The position numbers and the translations under genes are program-made. Source: Octopus bimaculoides (taxonomy: Eukaryota). Taken from it: 64,000 nucleotides of DNA. Location: positions 52,049,640 through 52,113,639 of the forward strand of contig NC_068998.1 of NCBI RefSeq assembly GCF_001194135.2. The letters are read 5' to 3'. This document shows positions 1 to 13,295 of the stretch, piece by piece (positions within the stretch are counted from its first letter, which is position 1; each line of letters starts with the position of its first letter). Below the pieces are notes generated by a model. The model saw only the letters and a program-made list of their open reading frames with translations. It was not told the origin of the DNA and made no database searches.

Positions 1-235
1 CATGGAGAAAATTTCCCTCGATAGACAAATGGTGTCTTTATTTCAATTATTAAGCTGGTGTTTGGGACAAATTAATGCAAAATTTTTATGGGACGTTTTA
101 ATTAAAATCCTGTTGAAAAAACAGGAATTTGTATATCAGAACCAGGAGTAGTTTCGGGCAGGTTGCTATGCAACAAGTATTTACTTGACTCCTCTCGCTC
201 ATAGTTGTTGGGGTTCTGTCTTGCAAGGTCTATGC

Positions 236-409
236 CTGTGCCATGTAAAAAGCACCCTGTGGCTGGTGGTGTTAAGAAGGGCATCCAGTTGTAGAAACAA
301 TGCCAAAACAGACAGTGGAACTTGGTGTAGCTCATGGCCCTGGTGTAGCTCCTGTCAAACCATCCAACCCACGCCAGCATGAAAAACAGATGTTAAATGA
401 TGATGATGA
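236..409 (+). mobile_element. SINE family A copy (aagggcatccagctgtagaaac core, (GAT)n tail)
   Basis: Same core and caacccayg..agcatg...ttaaatgatgatgat tail recur at several loci in the window. Confidence 0.8.
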
Positions 410-3327
410 AGTTGCACAAACCTACGAGTGAACCTGTTTGTGGTTGCTTAACTTAACTTGCTAGAAATAGCTGTGGAACTAATAATCATGAATAAACTCC
501 CTTTAGTCATAGGCCTGCTTGTTAAGGACTAATCTATGTACACAACTACTACAATAGCGAGAAGCTGTTCAACAAAAATGATTTAAAAGTTACTTATAGC
601 TGCATTAACATCCCTATCATAAAATATTTGAAGCTATAGGAGCACCCATTCAAAAATCAGCATTTCAGTTGTTTCTGCAGAGTTTATGGTCTTCACTTTT
701 GTATTTTGTATTTATTTCTTGCTTTTGAATTGCAAAAAAGAAAAATTCAACCTTCAATATGTGATGAGCTATAAAGATCTCAAGTCCAGGAGAGGTTCTG
801 CTACCTTTCAACATTAACATCTTTTTCAAATGTATTTCAAATGTATTTTAAAGTTATTTCTACAGATTTTGTATAGAAATTAGAACCAACACTGAAAGTT
901 AGGACAATTTGTATACAAATATGTCTAATGTAAACCATAAGATCAACGTCAGAAAAATAGGTAACAGGTGTACTGTAATTCCTCACCATATCACGGTTCA
1001 CCTATCGTGTACTCAGTACATTGTGGATTTTCTGGTTAATTTATATCACAGGCCCCTCAGTATATCGCAGGTTTCTGTGGCCAATAGGTGTTTATATTTT
1101 TTTAGATTTTAATTATTTCTTTGGGAGGTTTTGGAACATAGCACCTGCAATAGTCGAGGGATTACTGTATATGCATATTTCAAGAGTTCTTGCTTGTTCT
1201 TTAGCCCCACAGAACAACCAGCCAGGAAAAATGCCACTTTAAATACTTCACTTGTTCAACCCATGCTAGCTTGGAAAATGGATTTGTATGTGTGTGTATA
1301 TATATACTCATAACCAAACAAACACATATACACATTTACATAAAGGAAGGGTATTTAGTTCTGTTGTGAGATGAATGACAGATAAATATTTCAGACAGGA
1401 CCTTTCACTCATAATCCTGCTGATACAAATCACCATCACAATCCTTCAAGTTTTATGTCTAGTTGCGATGCCTGGGGGTGTGTAAGTATGTGAGTGCTTT
1501 GTGTGTGTGTGTGCGTGTGTGCGTGTGTGCGTGTGTAATGTTTGATTCTCTTAATCAATAGATTTACATCCTGGTATCGAGTGTGCAGTTTAATCCTTCC
1601 ATATAAGGAGACGGCAACATTTTAAAGCATTTTTATCTCAGAGAATTTTATGACTTGAGTATTTCCTTTCTTTTTATAGTTAGAATCGTTTACCAGAAAT
1701 ATTCCATTAAATCTGATTGGTTTTGGAAACAATATATGTAATACAGATACTTGAGATGCAGAATGCAAGTATACTCAGCTCTTAATAGTGCTACAGGGGA
1801 GAGGAAGAGCATTTATATACATACATATAGACATATATACATATATATATATATATTTGTAGTTGTTTCATTGTCTTGGAAAATGCTTATCTTAATCTGT
1901 AACTATTTAATCAGTAAACATTTCTTGAACAGCAATAGAAAAATAAAATACGTAGAGGTTATTGTCCTGTAGATGGGAACTTTAAAAGGAAAAGTATTAG
2001 TTGAATGCTTTACTATAACATTGACTGTTATTTCAGTTCTCTGGAAGAATTAAAATAGACATGTGGAGAAAGTAGTGGACTGACAGCTGATATTTCTAGA
2101 GTTCAAACCTAGTGAAAGGCTTTCATTTTTTTAATTTTTTTTTTTAATTCTATGATATCTTAACTGTTTTGATATTAATCCACCCTGGCTTTTTCATACA
2201 CATTTCATGCATTTAAATATATCCAAATTAATACCGTCCACCAAAAGTTGATGTTTATTTTTTCAAAAACCAGCTTAATAATGGTAAAGTTATCTTATCG
2301 AATTCTTTTCCAAATTATATGAAGCAAAAGCAGTGGATTTCTGCAGAAATACAGCAACATAAGGGTTCATTTATTTGATTATGAAGATTACTTACTAAGC
2401 TTTTCTGGAGAACATTACTTCCAAATTAATCCATGAAAAGATTTCTATGTTTTCTTTTTATTCATTTTATCAATATATCATCATCATCTTTATATATATG
2501 TATGTATGTATGTATGTTTATATAAAGAGAGAGAGAGAATGGCTGCCATAGTGATACTTATCATGAATACTTCTGATGATAGTTCTTTCATTTTATGGGA
2601 AACGGTTGTTTAATTCTTCAATATTCCCATTGTAGTTTCACAGCACTTTACATGTAGACAATTGTAGATACTCCTTCTAACATCTAAAGTGAAACTCACT
2701 TTCATCATGGTACTAAAAGAATTTCCTAAAATTTCTTATCAACTCTTAGATCTTATAATGGTTTCAGAACATCTGTCCGAATATTTAATTAAGTCATTTT
2801 GGGATCAAAAGTAATTCTTGGTCTTGTTACTTTCGTTGTTCACAGGTATTTTCATGAGTTCAGCCTTCTACAAAAGTTCATAGAAATAATGTACATGGTA
2901 ACTTAGTGCTTATAAAAGTCTTTAAGTTTGAAGAATACAGATGAAATACAGATCTCTTCCTGTTGAAAACTACAGATAATTCCTTTGCTTCTTCTAACTT
3001 AATTTTATGTCTGACGCACAACAAGAATGGAATGTGGTGCAAAGAGAGTTATTATTGAAGAAAAACAATTCGTTGTGTATTATATCATATAACAAAAAGC
3101 ATAATCTATTTTTTTTGGAGAGTTTCTTCATTATTTTGATAAAAATATACACTGGAAATGTTTAAAATTGAGTAAAAGAAAAAAAAAAATATTCATTTTT
3201 GATTTGTATTGAAATTTGATTTGATTTGTTACGAAGAAATCAATATATAGTTGCTAAAAATGGCTTCAAGAGAAATTTACCATTAAACCTATATGGTATC
3301 GAGGAAATCAAAATAATATTGAGAAGA

Positions 3328-3365
<38 letters not shown>

Positions 3366-3689
3366 ATCCCAAGGCTGTAAAGATACTTTTAAAATATATA
3401 ACATTTTAAGATAAGTTTACAATGTCTTTAAGTGAAAAGAATAGATGTAAATATTAAATATATTTAATACCAAAACAAATTCCTGTAGTAAATTCATGAT
3501 GTACTCTAGAGTTAGTTGCTATATCTAACATATTGTGATTAGTAGATTTTACTTGTTGATATCATTAATTAAACATTAGAAATGAAATAACAGTTAAGAA
3601 GTAATCTGAGACACAGAAATGCAACAACCAACTGATAGAACTCAAAGCCAGCTATAGATACATACATAGTTCAAATCCAGTCTGTGGCC

Positions 3690-3900
3690 CTACAAAAAAA
3701 CACCTAGGCCTGTGCCAGTTAAAAAGCATCCAGTACAATCTGTAAAGTGGTTCACATTAGGAAGGACATCCAGCTGCAAAAAACCATACTGAAACAGACA
3801 ATTGGAGCCTGGTGCAAGTCTCTGGCTTGCCAACTCCTGTGAAACCATCCAACTCATGCCAACATGGAAAACAGGCATTATAAATAGTGATGATGATGAT
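3690..3900 (+). mobile_element. SINE family A copy
   Basis: ggaaggacatccagctg core and gatgatgatgat tail. Confidence 0.75.
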
Positions 3901-4489
3901 TCTACAAGGAGGGTGTAAATTAAATTAATCTCAAAATATTACTGATATTAATATTACAGATGTAAAAGATATGTAATGCAGTGTCATTAACATGCTCTGG
4001 TGGGATTTGAAATCACAATCTCGTACTATACTCCTCTACCCAATGCCACTACTCAATGTTATTCTACTGCTTTCTAGACATCTTCACTGCTAACACTCTA
4101 GTCAGTCTTCCTCTTCAGACATCTTACACAATACTAACCCACTGCTTCTTTAGTTTGCTTACAATATCCTAACACCTCTGACATCTCTAATACTTTGTAG
4201 TTATAGAAATTGAAAAGATTCTAAAGTATTCAAATAGTTTCATTCCGGTGAGCTTTATCTACCTCTTACACATAGAATAACTATGATACTTTGAAGTATC
4301 TTTCAATAACAAAGTTATCAGATATTGATTTCTTAGATATCAACAAATTGCTACAGTTGTAAAGTTGATGGCAAATGAAGTTAAGGTCTTTTGGAATCGT
4401 TATTTAAATTAAAGACAAGTTGAATATTTCATTCTTTGATTGCTTTACTGGTTTCAAATGTAAAGAAGTTGTGACAGCCCCTCTAACCC

Positions 4490-4890
4490 CCTCAACATTA
4501 CTCTGCCAAATGTAATGCTTGTTTATTTATGTTGTATGCAATATTTTGATGATATGAGGCGGTGAACTGCCAGAAACGTTAGCACACCGGGCCAAATACT
4601 TAGCAATATTTTGTCTGTCTTTACATTCTGGGTTTAAACTCTGCCAAGGTTGACTTTCCCTTTCATCCTTTCAGGATCAATAAATTAAGTACCAGTTGCG
4701 TAGTGGGGTCGATCTAATTGACTGGCCCCCTCCCCAAAAATCTTGAACCTTGTGCCAAGAGTAGAAAAGAATATTTTGATGGTATGGTTGTTTATTTTTA
4801 GAATGACATTGTTGGGTGGGTGCAAAAAGCCAGATCTAGATAGTTTGAACATAATACAGAATATTTGAGCTGGATGTGGCTGATTTCAGC
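4490..4890. mobile_element. Partial CCCTTTAGCA-family MITE interrupted by a SINE B insertion
   Basis: Flanks (ttactctgccaaatgtaatgctt; ttttagaatgacattgt) match the copies at 55163-55343 and 39670-39790. Confidence 0.65.
4557..4769 (+). mobile_element. SINE family B copy with 17-bp TSD
   Basis: ggcggtgaactg head, ttgactttccctttcatcctttcaggatcaataaattaagtaccag core; aatattttgatg(a/g)tatg at 4540-4556 and 4770-4786. Confidence 0.85.
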
Positions 4891-5984
4891 CTGAGGTCAA
4901 CAATAATACCTCTTGTGCTGAATTTGATAGATGGAAACTATGCGGAAGCTTGTTATGTGTGTGTGTGTGTGTGTGTGTGTGAGTGTGAGTGTGTATGACT
5001 TTTGCTGATGTGCATCGGTGAAGGATATAATCATTGGCACGAAAAAAAAGAATGGTGTTTTACAGACAAATTCCTTTAGGATATTTATTCTGTATTGAGT
5101 TACAAATACTCCCTTGTCACTCTTGTTACCAAAAATAAAGTAACTAATGAATCTTTTGGAGCTACCTAAAATATGACAGCAGTCAGCCAAGGTGCTGTGC
5201 TAGAGAATTGAACCCAGAAGTATGTAGTGGTTAAGTAAACTTCTCAACCAAAATAATTTAAAACAACATTCCAAAAGGTAACTGGAGGAAATGAAAAACC
5301 TTGTAAAGTTAATCCAGGTGACAAAACTAATTCTTAAATGGTTAACCTAGTTACTTTTTCTCCTATCTTATTACATTTGTATATTTTTCTCCTCGTTTTG
5401 TCACTTTTCGTTTTCAAGTGTCTTATACATGGAAATCTTTATTCCATGTATTCCATTGTTCTCATTCCATGTATTCCATTGTTCTCATTCCACTATGTCA
5501 CAGAAAAAGAATACAACATACATGTCAATTTAAAGGTATTTAATTTCATTTTCATTAGTGGTAGGCATATTGGATTGGACTTTGTGTTAAATTTAATGAT
5601 TGGGTTCTCAGGTGTTGCTATATGCATTGTATCCATACTCTCCACTGGTTCCATTGTCTTCACTGAAATTCTTTATCTTGAAATGGAAATACTATTCCAT
5701 AGCGATATTCTATATCTTTTCCATTTTCTTCACACACAAGTTCTGTCATTCCTTCTTGTTTTATCAACTCTTCTGCTAAGAACCAGCATGTCATCCTCTT
5801 GTTATTTACCATAATTATTTTCAATAGTATTTTACACCTCAAACAAGTGAAGAACTCTTTCAGTCTTTTTTTTTCCTTTACTTTTACATTTCTGTCAATT
5901 GTATCTCTTTCAATTTCCCTCCTCATCATTATCACTATCATCACTATCATCATCATCATCATCATCATAGCAAATTGGCAGAAT

Positions 5985-6470
5985 CATTACGGCTTAGCAA
6001 TGTTTCTCCTGGCTCTTTACATTTTGAGTTCAAATCCAGCTGAAGTCAGCTATGCCTTTCATCTATCTGGGATTGATAAAATAAAGTACCAGTAGAGTAC
6101 TGGGGTCAATGTAATCAAGTGACTTCAGCCCCTAAAAAATTGCTGGACTTCTACCAAACTTTGATACAGATGTGGTAAGCTGGAAAAATGTTTAGCATGA
6201 CAGACAAAATGCTTATTGGCATTTTTGCTGGTATCATTTTCTGAGTTGAAATGTTGCCGAGGTTACCTTAGCCATTCATACCTCTGGGGTTAATAAAATG
6301 AAGTACCAGTCTAAAAAAAAACTGGGGCCAGTGCTATTGAATAACCCCGCCTAATTCCACTGAGGTCAACTTTGCCTTTCATCTTTTTCAAGGTCGATAA
6401 AATAAGTGCCAGTTGTGCACTGGGGTCAATGAAATATTGCTGGCTCTGTGCCAACATTTGAAACCATTGT
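5985..6470 (+). mobile_element. Three head-to-tail degenerate SINE B copies
   Basis: Core (gcctttcatc...gataaaataa(a)gtaccagt...ctggggtc) repeated near 6050, 6270 and 6375. Confidence 0.7.
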
Positions 6471-6540
6471 GATGGTAGTAATAGTAGTAGTAGCAGTAGT
6501 AGCAGCAGCAATATCAGCAGCAAGAAGAAGAAGAAGAAAT

Positions 6541-6581
<41 letters not shown>

Positions 6582-7217
6582 CTATATTTAAAATACTTGC
6601 AATTTATAGAGTGGATGGGAATTGAACTCAAAATTACACAGTTGTGAAATCAGCTTCTCAAACCATACAGTGATGGGACAAAAAAAGAACAAAAATGAAA
6701 AAAACAAAATTATCAGTGATTGATTAACAGTATTTCTTTCTTCCGTGACTTGTTATTTCTAGTTAGCTTTTTAAAGCTTGCTGCATTAAATATTTTAACA
6801 GTAACTTAACCAGTGAAGCCTGTATGAACAAACACAGTTGAACGCGACAGTTGTTACAATCAGTTGGTATTGGATTCATTGTCTGGCTTTGCATAAGATT
6901 CTTGATAGATTCTCATTGACTGCTTTTACAATAGACTGTTCTGGAGATGAAAGATTATTTAACGATAACAAGTGTGGAACTGCAAAAGAATGTGACAATT
7001 CCCAGCATGGTTGCAACTAACTGTCTGGCACCAGTGAAAGACTATATTCATCTTTTGTTTTAAAGTAAAAACAAAAACATTATCAGCTGAAGACTTATGA
7101 AAATCATTATCTTTCATTAACAACTAAAGGTGGCAGCACTAGTGGACATGTTTCACATTTGTTTTTTTGGGGTTTTTTTCTGTTTCTGTTATAATGTCCC
7201 TGTAACTTACCTAAGTA

Positions 7218-7873
7218 TTGAGTCATTCCATAAATAATGCAGTTTTTTTTTATATATTTCTTTTATTCTTCAAAATTAAGATAAACAAAGTTCTTTTTTA
7301 ACCTAAAATATACTCTCCTTCATTTTCTACAATGCTCTTCCATCTATCTGGTAGACTTGCAAGGCCCCTCTTCCAAAATTCACTTGTCCGTGATGAAAAA
7401 TACTTCTCCAGTATTGTTCTTACCTTGTCTAGAGAATTCATATTTTTTTCCGTCCAAATGGTTTTGAAGACTGTGGAATAAATGACAATCACATGGAGCA
7501 ATGTCCGGCGAATATGGTGGATGGGGCATCATTTTCCATTCAAACTGCTCCAGCCTTCAGAATGTCATCCTCGCTTTATGTTGTCGAGCATTATCCTGGT
7601 GGAAAAACACCTTTCATCTTGAAACCAAAGATGGTCGTTTTCCGATGGCATGCAGATGTCGGTGAATAGTTAAATGACCAAATCCAAGCTTCTTTGTTAG
7701 TTCCTCAACAGTTACGATGGGATTTTGTTCCACCAGGATTTGCAGGATGTTTTTATTGAGCTCTACAGATCTTCCAGGACAAGGCTCGTCTTCTAGGCTG
7801 TAGTTTCTAGCTTGGAATTTCTGGATCCATTGTTGACACTGGCTTACACTTATTTTCCGATCCCCATATACAT
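7218..7873 (-). mobile_element. Mariner transposon remnant, internally deleted, with 3' TIR
   Basis: Minus-strand translation HVYGDRKISVSQCQQWIQKF...EDEPCPGRS...HRHLHAIGK|RPSLVSR*KVFFHQDNARQH...HPPYSPDIAPCDCHLFHSLQ...RGLASLPDRWKSIVENEGEY; stops and a frameshift; TA + TIR-like ttgagtcattccataaataatgcag at 7216-7242. Confidence 0.92.
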
Positions 7874-8150
7874 GCTTAGCAGCATTTTTCTGACTTTATG
7901 TTCTGAGTTCAAATGCCACTGAGATCAGTTTTGTCTTTCATTCTTTCAGGGTTGATAAAATAAGCACCACTTGAGCTCTGGGTCAAAGTAATTGATTTTC
8001 AGCCTCCTTCGTAATTCCTGTCCTTATACCAAAATTTGAAACCAATCTTAGAAGAGCGAAAGCAAAGTTGACTCCAGTTAGATTTGAACTCATAACATAC
8101 AAACCAAAACTAAGTACCGCAATCATTTTGTCTGGTGCTCTGACATCTAC
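7874..8150. mobile_element. SINE B copy (+) followed by an inverted SINE B head fragment (-)
   Basis: gcttagcagcatt...tctgagttcaaat...ctttcattctttcagggttgataaaataag; then aaagcaaagttgactccagttagatttgaactc. Confidence 0.7.
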
Positions 8151-8811
8151 AAATCTTCCATCTGACGTTGTTTTTATTTTGCCACATATGTTAGTATAGT
8201 TCAGCTATTTAATGTTCTAATCATTAGGTATGCTGGTATGCTTTCACCTACATAACTGTCTCATTATAATGCAGATGAAATCCAAGAAAAGATTAATCTG
8301 GTGTGCTTCATGTTATCTGTTATGTGTGACAAGTAACTCCGACACATTAGGCATGACTTTTCATTTGATGATCGGAATGAATAATTAATATTTATTGATT
8401 TAATTTCTTGTCTTGCCATTGAGATGTTGTAAAGAGTATTCTGTCTAATAAATTCCAGTAATGTTTTGTTGCAACCAAATTAAGAGTTATAGGAGCACAA
8501 TAGTTTGGTTATTTAGATGTCAGTATTTTGACTGGAAAGATAATGAGATCAAGCCTGATATTTATTTTTTTATATTTTTTTTTGTTTTTATTCTATATCA
8601 TGTGTTTTTGTAAACATCAGCGTCGATTGGTTATAGGTTTCCAACAGGCCAGTCAATGGTCGGCTGTATTTCTAATGACAACTGTGACAAGAGATTATCC
8701 AAGCAATTCAGGCGGATTAAGTACCAAACATATTTTTATTCAAAACTAGTTTGGTTTTTATTTGTCTCCTTGAAAGTGGATTTGGTAGATGAAAACTTAA
8801 GAACCCCATCA

Positions 8812-8846
<35 letters not shown>

Positions 8847-9182
8847 ATAATTCCTTGTCTGGTTGTAAACAAGGGCTTGACTAACAGAATCATTTGCTTG
8901 CAATCAACCATGGAAATACGTCTAGATGTCTCGACGTGTTGCGTGATCTTAGTAAGCAAAAGGTTCATTCATATAAGGCTGTATGTTTTTAGCTCTCCAC
9001 ATAAACATGTCCCCGCTGCTTGTTGTACAACAGACTGGAAAATTATTAGCTCACTTCAAAACAGCTTATGGTTGGTGACAGGAAAGGCATCCGACCATAG
9101 AAAGTTTTGTCCCCTCATCTTCTCTTATGATTCATGCAAGCATGGATAAGGAGACAGTCGTGGCAGATACTGGAGTCACACA

Positions 9183-9377
9183 AATGGCACCCATGCCAGT
9201 GGCACATAAAAGCACCCATTACACTCTCAGAGTGGTTGGTGTTAGGTAAGGCATCCAGCTGTAGAAACCATGTCAAATCAGACTGGAACCCGGTGCAGCC
9301 CTCCAGCTGGCCAGCCCTGGTCAAACTGTCCAACCCATGCCAGCATGGACAACGGACACTAAATGATGATGATGATG
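9183..9377 (+). mobile_element. SINE family A copy
   Basis: aaagcaccc...ggttggtgttaggtaaggcatccagctgtagaaac...ccaacccatgccagcatgg...aaatgatgatgat. Confidence 0.85.
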
Positions 9378-9634
9378 TATATACCTTTTGTCTCATTAGT
9401 AAAAGTTACACACACACACACACACACACATTCTAAGCCCCTTCCTGTACTTCAGGCCATGTGAGAGATCTTCAGTCAAGATTGGTTATCCATTGGATAT
9501 CAAGTGGTGTNNNNNNNNNNNNNNNNNNNNNNNNNNNNNNNNNNNNNNNNNNNNNNNNNNNNNNNNNNNNNNNNNNNNNNNNNNNNNNNNNNNNNNNNNN
9601 NNNGGGGGGGGGGGGACAAGTACATGTATATAGG

Positions 9635-9791
9635 ACAGGCTTCTTTCAGTTTCCACCTACCAAATCCACTCACAGGGCTTTGATTGGTCCGAGGCTATAG
9701 TAGAAGACACTTGCCCAAGGTACCATGCAGTGGGACTGAATCTGGAACCATATAGTTAGGAAGCAAACTTTTTAACCACACAGCCGTGTCT
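9635..9791 (-). mobile_element. SINE family C copy (tRNA-like head, ccttgggcaagtgtcttctactatagcc, CORE-like)
   Basis: Reverse complement matches copies at 20728-20884, 25750-25895, 27511-27660 and 31055-31192. Confidence 0.8.
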
Positions 9792-9907
9792 GCACCATTG
9801 TCAATGTTGTTTTTTTTATTTTGTTTTTTGCATGTGTGTTTAATGAAGAATGAGTTTTGTTATTATATATTCGTTAACTTCTGTTTCTTTAATCTTTTCT
9901 TTAACAG

Positions 9908-10005
9908 TCCACCTCCAGCAAAGAGGCTAGGTATACAGGTCAGTCGAATCTGTATGTCAGACTATGAAGCATTACATTATGATAAAGATAAATTGCAAAG
10001 TGCAT
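9908..10005 (+). CDS. DGKZ: DGK exon A (98 nt): [32 protein letters not shown]
   Basis: Pyrimidine tract + ttaacAG acceptor, GTAAGT donor; DYEALHYDK motif. Confidence 0.95.
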
Positions 10006-12374
10006 GTAAGTATCGATCTCCTTTCATCCATTGACCAACTTTCATTTCAGGGGTTTTCATATGTTTTATATTTTTTGGCAGCAACTTTTTTTTTTTTTAA
10101 TTGCTTTTATTTTCTCTTTTGACTTTGAAGTAGAAATACAGCATCTCTGGCCATTTGTTTCAGGGGTGAGCAGATAAATACTAAGACTTCTCGGTCACTA
10201 CAGTAAAACGGACAAAACTAAGTGCTGAGTTATCCTCAGCCTGGTGGCTGACGATGGTTCAAACCCTAGCATCTGAGTGGTTTCTTTAAAAGGAAACCAA
10301 AATTCAGATGATGTTAAACCAGTTAAGCAGATAACAAATTAAAGCTGAATCATAAATGTTTTTTTTCTTCTAAAAGTATTTCAGCTACTCTGATTGTTAA
10401 TTAACCTAGTGTAGAAGTTTGGTGACAGTTTTTTCTCAACTACTACCTTGTCAGCATAATTTCAATTAAACCTGTTCGTACACTGATTCATGATGGAGAA
10501 TCTAGCCTGTCTAAATCTCTCAAATGATTTGCTTATAATCTGGTTATAATTTTTCAGATTCCCAACCCATCTTTTACCATACTTCTGTTGCTACGTACTA
10601 TCTTTGTTGTAATTAATTTTGAAGATAACGAAGAATTTACTTGAATATCTATATCATTATTTAACTAGTGTTTGAAATATAAATTAACAAGGAAATTTTA
10701 ATTGAAGGTTTTAATTAGACCAGTTTAAAAGATAGAATTTGAATCATAGAATTAGGGTCAGTCTCAGGCTGGTTGGTACCAAAAGAGTTAAACAGCAATT
10801 TTTTTGTTTCTAAATAACCAATTTTGACCAGTCTGGGTCTATATTTGAAGACATTTACCCAAGGTGTTGCACTGTGCAACTGAGTCCAAAGCCACATGGC
10901 TGAGAAGTGAACTTCTCAACTCAGTTGGTAATCTTAACCTACTCCAACTGGTCTGTGGACATTTTTACTGGACTTCACTCTGTCACAAGCATTCGGGTCA
11001 GGTTACAATCATCAATTTGAGGATGACTTCCTCACTTCCACTTACCAATTTCATAAACCCCCAAAAAAGGAAATGAATCTTGGGTGCTAGACCCCCACAC
11101 CCATCAAGCAGTAACAAAAAAAACAGAAAGCTATCAGTTGGGACCAAAAGTCTGCAAATTACTAGTGTAAATGGGAATGTCAAAAATATTTCCATTTAAG
11201 ATGAGATTAATAGACCAAAATATAATAATCTTATTAGAATCTAGCACTTTATTGCAGCATACTTCATTAAATCTATTAACGATTGGGTTTTAGTAATCTA
11301 ACGAGAGGTTTTTTTTTTCAGTTTTATTGAGATTTGCTTTTTTGTTTTTAATATATGTGATAAAATTCTCATGTTCCAAACATTAGAGATGAGAACTGTA
11401 GCGGCGGTAGTGGTGGTTATGGTAGCAGTAGTAGTGCTAGTATTAGCAGCAGCAGCAGTAGTGGTTGTAATTATGGTAGAAGAACTAATAACACTACTGT
11501 TAACATAGATTATTTTTTATTTTTTTATTTTTTATCAAGGTGTTGAGCTGGCAGAATTGTTAGCAAGCCAGGCAGAATGCTTAGCAGCATTTCGTCTGTC
11601 CTTACGGTCTGAGTTCAAATTCCACTGAGGTCGACTTTGCCTTTCGTCATTTCAGGATCAATAAAATAAGTACCAGTGATACACTGAGGTCAATGTGATT
11701 GACGAGCTCCCTCTTAACATACTTCAGGCCTTGTTCCTATATCACCGTCATCATCATGGCAGCGGATTTGTTGGATTGTTAGGGTGTTGTAGAAAATGCC
11801 TTGCAGTGTTTGGTTTGGGTCCTTACATTAAGTGCATAAGCACCTTTCATCCCGTCAGTTGATAAGGTACCAATCAACTATTAGGTTCTCTGTAAACAAC
11901 TGTATCCCTCTCCTTCAAATTTCTGACAATCGTCGATGTCAGAAATAATTATTGCTATTATTAGACACAGACGTGATATTAAGTTTGCTTGCCATCCACA
12001 TGGATCTGGGTTCAATCCCACTGTGTCTCACTTTAAGCATCTTCTGTTATAGCCCCAGGCCAATCAAAGCTTTGTGGGTAGATTTGATAAACAGATACTG
12101 AAACAAGTGTGTGTGTGTGTGTAGAAGTAAGAAACAAAGTTAGGCAAATCAAGTTCATATATACATTGCATGATAGTTGTTACTGAGTGTCACCATCAAA
12201 CAAACAGTGTCTTTCGTTTTCAAACTTCTGTGAAAGTGTGCCTGGAAGCAGGTAAGGGTTGGGAAGAGGTAGAGTATCTAGCCGTAAACAGTCTGCCTCA
12301 ACAAATTATATCCAAGCGTGGAAAAGTGGTCAATAAATGTTGATGGTGATTCTTGTTGTTAGTAGTAGTAGTAA

Positions 12375-12409
<35 letters not shown>

Positions 12410-13254
12410 ACAGTAACAGTAGTAGTAGTAGTAGTAGTAGCATGAGGTGGTGGTGGTGGTGGCTGTTGTTGTTTAATAGTAGCGTGATAATGGTTTTGGT
12501 TGTAGTGGTACTAGTGTACAAGTTTGATGAAACATGGTGCTAGCAGCTTAAAGATGCTTAAATATTAATGAAAATAAAGTATACAACATCTTGCTTTTCC
12601 ACAGAAGCTAAGATGATTTATATATCTCCAATATTTTAACATCTGCTGAACGTTATATCATATCTTGACTTTTCCAACACTACAATTACATGATGGATCC
12701 CAGTGAAATAGATTAAGAAATGAGAGGAAATATACAAATGTGAAATACTAAAACAGTCTCACCATCCATATTATAATCGGTGCCATTTGTTTGCAATTTT
12801 CCATAAAAACATGTTTGGCCATCAAGTTGTTTGTTATTTGAAAGACTAAGGGAAATATTAACTTATTTATAAAGAGTTGAATGCTTGATGATGATGATGA
12901 TTTTGATGGTGGTGATGAAGATGATGATAATGATGATGATGATGCCACCACCACTGAAGCCACTCCTAACCCTCACCAATGACATCTTGACAAATTGAAT
13001 CCAATCATGTTTTTTTCATAAATTTGAATAAAAAGATGTAATTCAAATGTGCATTTGTGTGCTTATATATGTGTGTGTGTGTGTGTGTGTGTGAGATACT
13101 CATAAAGCATTGTTTCTTTTTTTTGTTTTCTTATTACTAATTTTCAGCAACTGACAAATTTGTGATTTAACTCCTATTAATTAACCTGTTTGCTACTTAA
13201 AATATCTAATATTATTTTATAGTGAAAGTCTTAGTAACCAACACATTCATTTTT

Positions 13255-13295
<41 letters not shown>

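Noticed and set aside
2573-2606. CTGATGA...GAAA spacing like a hammerhead
   Set aside because: No stem II or stem I pairing can be drawn; chance match
4201-4247. Exon-like segment tttgtAG...GTGAGC (IEIEKILKYSNSFIP)
   Set aside because: Its only open frame ends in phase 0 but exon A needs phase 2; no DGK similarity
5338-5968. 158-aa and 102-aa ORFs on opposite strands
   Set aside because: Low-complexity T-rich or microsatellite-driven translations, include a 23-bp tandem duplication; no recognisable motif
8648-8678. GQSMVGCISND resembling the expected upstream ...ND exon end
   Set aside because: No GT or GC donor follows the GA; the next GT is in the wrong phase
12330-12543. Poly-Leu and poly-Ser ORFs
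   Set aside because: Translations of the (AGT)n microsatellite
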